Shown: one piece after another, positions 35,999 to 38,382 of the stretch | Layout: every line of letters starts with the position of its first letter | How positions within the stretch are numbered: position 1 is the stretch's first letter | From: Candidatus Thalassarchaeaceae archaeon | Lineage (GTDB): Archaea > Thermoplasmatota > Poseidoniia > Poseidoniales > Thalassarchaeaceae | Length of the DNA stretch: 38,382 nucleotides | Reading direction: 5' to 3' | Assembly: GCA_046710875.1 (NCBI GenBank) | Contig: JBKEHQ010000004.1 | Coordinates: 1-38,382, forward strand | The notes under the pieces: generated by a model | Databases searched by the model: none | Told to the model about the DNA's origin: nothing | The model's input: only the letters and a program-made list of their open reading frames with translations | Position numbers and translations under genes: made by a program

Positions 35999-36945
35999 GA
36001 ATTGCAATATTGGGACTAGGTTCAATTGGAGGATTATTTCTTTCTGCATTGGTTGATTCCGATGCTGACTTGGTAGTAGGGACTCGTGGGATCAAATTAA
36101 AACAAATTTTGGAGGAAGGAATTGTCATACATTCTCCAGAAGGTGCCATGGAAAATATACCTTCTAATTATTTTGAATTAATTGATACTGAAAATACATC
36201 AATTCCTAAGGAATTAATGCACTCTTGTGATATTGTGCTGATATGCGGTAAGTCAAACTCAATTCCAGTCTTGTCTGAACTAGCATCAAAATTACTTTCA
36301 GATAATGGATTCGTTATGGGCATACAAAATGGACTCAGTCATTTAGATTATCTGTCTGACAAATTCAGTCAAAAAAAAGTTCTTGGCTCTACCGTGACTC
36401 ACGGAGCTTGGCACAATAAAAATACATTTTATTGGGAAGGAAGAGGTATTATCAAAATAGGCAACTTGGATGACTCTAAGCCATCAGATTTAGCTTTAAA
36501 TTTTATAAAGTTACTAAATGAATCGCATCTATCCCCTATTTGGAGTAATGATATCAGAAAAGAACTGTGGATTAAATTATTAATTAATATAGGAATAAAT
36601 CCTATATGTGCAATAACAGGTTTAAAAAACGGAGCTATAAAATCAATATCAAATATGTGGGAGCAGGCTATTTCATGTATGGGTGAAGCATCTCACATTG
36701 CGGTTGCATCAGGTATTGATATGTCAGGTATTGATATTGAAAATCTGTTAATGGATGTAGTTTTATCAACTGCTAATAATAGATGTTCTATGCTACAGGA
36801 TATAATGGCGAATAGATTAACTGAAATAGATTCATTATGTGGTGAAATAATAACTCGGGGAGAATCTCTAGGAATGCCAACTCCATTAAATTTAATGCTT
36901 TTAACTTTGATAAAAGGGATAGAAAACTCATCTATTATTGAATAA
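35995..36945 (+). CDS. panE: 2-dehydropantoate 2-reductase
   Basis: RIAILGLGSIG, CGKS, QNGL, LWIKLLIN..INP, SMLQD and TEIDSLCG. TTG start overlaps the upstream stop (TTGA). Confidence 0.9.
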   Translation: MRIAILGLGSIGGLFLSALVDSDADLVVGTRGIKLKQILEEGIVIHSPEGAMENIPSNYFELIDTENTSIPKELMHSCDIVLICGKSNSIPVLSELASKLLSDNGFVMGIQNGLSHLDYLSDKFSQKKVLGSTVTHGAWHNKNTFYWEGRGIIKIGNLDDSKPSDLALNFIKLLNESHLSPIWSNDIRKELWIKLLINIGINPICAITGLKNGAIKSISNMWEQAISCMGEASHIAVASGIDMSGIDIENLLMDVVLSTANNRCSMLQDIMANRLTEIDSLCGEIITRGESLGMPTPLNLMLLTLIKGIENSSIIE

Positions 36946-36949
36946 AAAA

Positions 36950-37843
36950 TTATCTTTGACATTTAGGGCAATAAAATGTTGATCTGTTCGATTGAATAAT
37001 TCTTTTTATTATTCCTATACAATTTTTATTTAGGCATTTTTCTCCCTCTCTGCCATATGCCATGAATGAATTTGGAAAGTAACCCAATGCATCATCACCA
37101 TCTACTCCCCTAAAGTCCTGAAGTGTCGAACCCCCTGCATCAATGGCTTCTACGATGACGGCATGTGTCTCAAAGACTATCCTTTCAATCATCTTACTAA
37201 TTCCAATTTTTCCAGAAACATTTTCTGCTATCCTTTTCGGTGAAACTTTGGCCCTGTTTAGGATTTCACATACGTATATATTTCCAAGTCCTGCAACAAT
37301 TTTTTGATTTAATAAAGCACTCTTTATATTCATTTTCCTCCCTCTTAACCTATCTGTTAGTTTTTCAGGAGTAAGTGATTCAGGAGTAGGTTCAGGGCCT
37401 ATGTCTTTCAATAATTTATGAAAACCCTCATCTTTTGTATTTACTATGTCCATTATCCCAAATCTTCTATGATCTGAGTAGACTCCCTTTCCTCCATCAT
37501 CCATATGGATGACTACCCAATCATGTGGTCCATTTCCACTTCCTAGTTCTGCACCATGTGCAAATTTTCCCGGCATTCCGATTTTACCTTCGCCAAGCAA
37601 TGTCCATCTGCCGCTCATCCCAAGATGGCAAATCCAAGTAATATGATTTTCTAACCTAATTAATAGATATTTAGCACGTCTACCTATATTTGCTACTTTA
37701 TTTCCTTCTATTTTAGATTTAAAATCTTCAGGAAATGGAAATCTTAAATCCTTTCTTCTCAATTCAACATTTATAATGGTCCTACCAATTAAATGTTTAG
37801 CAAGTCCTTTTCGAACCGTCTCAACTTCTGGTAATTCAGGCAT
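36950..37843 (-). CDS. mutM: Formamidopyrimidine-DNA glycosylase
   Basis: N-terminal MPELPEVE, RRAKYL, HLGMSG, RRFG, LLNQ..VAGLGNIY and a C-terminal Zn finger ending RSTFYCPKCQ. Confidence 0.96.
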   Translation of the reverse strand: MPELPEVETVRKGLAKHLIGRTIINVELRRKDLRFPFPEDFKSKIEGNKVANIGRRAKYLLIRLENHITWICHLGMSGRWTLLGEGKIGMPGKFAHGAELGSGNGPHDWVVIHMDDGGKGVYSDHRRFGIMDIVNTKDEGFHKLLKDIGPEPTPESLTPEKLTDRLRGRKMNIKSALLNQKIVAGLGNIYVCEILNRAKVSPKRIAENVSGKIGISKMIERIVFETHAVIVEAIDAGGSTLQDFRGVDGDDALGYFPNSFMAYGREGEKCLNKNCIGIIKRIIQSNRSTFYCPKCQR

Positions 37844-37912
37844 ATTAATGCGTACCAATCATTGCCATTGATATTTTCTACTTTAGCAAGTTTTTTTTAA
37901 TGTAATTTACTA

Positions 37913-38380
37913 TTATCTCAACTTACAATTGAATAATATGTGTTGTTCTTCTAAGCCTTTTAAATCAATAATTTCAATAATTTTTAGTCTAGAATTTTCA
38001 ATAATTGTTTTTGCATTTTGAAATCTAATTTTCATATCTCCCTCAGAATTCCTTTCACTGGCTCCTTTTAGGCTGAGAAGTGCGACTCCATCTCTCTTCA
38101 GGAAGGCTTCTGAAACTTTAATAAAAGTCTTAGCCTGATCTGCAATACTTAAATCTTGATGTAACCAATCTACTTTTTTTTGTAAAAAAGGAGATAATTC
38201 AGATACATTTCTGGCATCTGCAAGTATCGGAAAGATACCAGGCCTTTTATCGCATAATTGAACTAAATCTCTCATCATCCTTGGGGATATATCTACTGCA
38301 AATATTTCTCCTCTATGGTGATTTCCTGAACCACAAACACAATCATGTATGTGACTCACAGTCCCTCCTACAGAAGCGCC
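37913..38380 (-). CDS. flpA: Fibrillarin-like rRNA/tRNA 2'-O-methyltransferase, 5' end outside window
   Basis: GASVGGTVSH, FAVDISPR..RDL, RP.I.PILADAR, VDWLHQD...DQA and the C-terminal EEQH. The frame is open to the window edge. Confidence 0.85.
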   Translation of the reverse strand, partial: GASVGGTVSHIHDCVCGSGNHHRGEIFAVDISPRMMRDLVQLCDKRPGIFPILADARNVSELSPFLQKKVDWLHQDLSIADQAKTFIKVSEAFLKRDGVALLSLKGASERNSEGDMKIRFQNAKTIIENSRLKIIEIIDLKGLEEQHILFNCKLR

Positions 38381-38382
38381 AA

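Noticed and set aside
1951-36962. Numerous 60-190 aa alternative-frame and antisense ORFs (e.g. 23092-23670, 17706-18158, 29337-29789, 35323-35766)
   Set aside because: They lie wholly or mostly within well-supported genes and are typical shadow ORFs.
1-38382. CRISPR array or defence island
   Set aside because: No regularly spaced repeats and no cas or restriction-modification-like ORFs were seen.

Overview
An AT-rich, densely coded archaeal chromosome segment. The gene content points to a marine Thermoplasmatota, most likely Marine Group II (Poseidoniales); this is inferred from gene types, not a database result. Archaeal core genes include rfcS, gatD, pelota, RPA plus its partner, fibrillarin, a complete A/V-type ATP synthase operon (H-I-K-E-C-F-A-B-D), an intron-containing tRNA-Met and tRNA-Phe. 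Several genes look bacterial (panB, rph, mog, mutM, fhs), and the window opens with a 2-aminophenol-type ring-cleavage cluster. The most notable unexplained signals are: (1) a strongly structured non-coding element on the minus strand between rpa and mog; (2) a box C/D-like layout inside the 77-nt tRNA-Met intron; (3) an amino-acid permease fused to an EF-hand pair; (4) a triple-SAP-domain protein beside the RPA operon; and (5) several intact ORFs that keep an enzyme fold but lack key catalytic motifs (carboxyltransferase, PfkB, HemC, site-2 protease). I saw no CRISPR array, transposase, integrase or intein.
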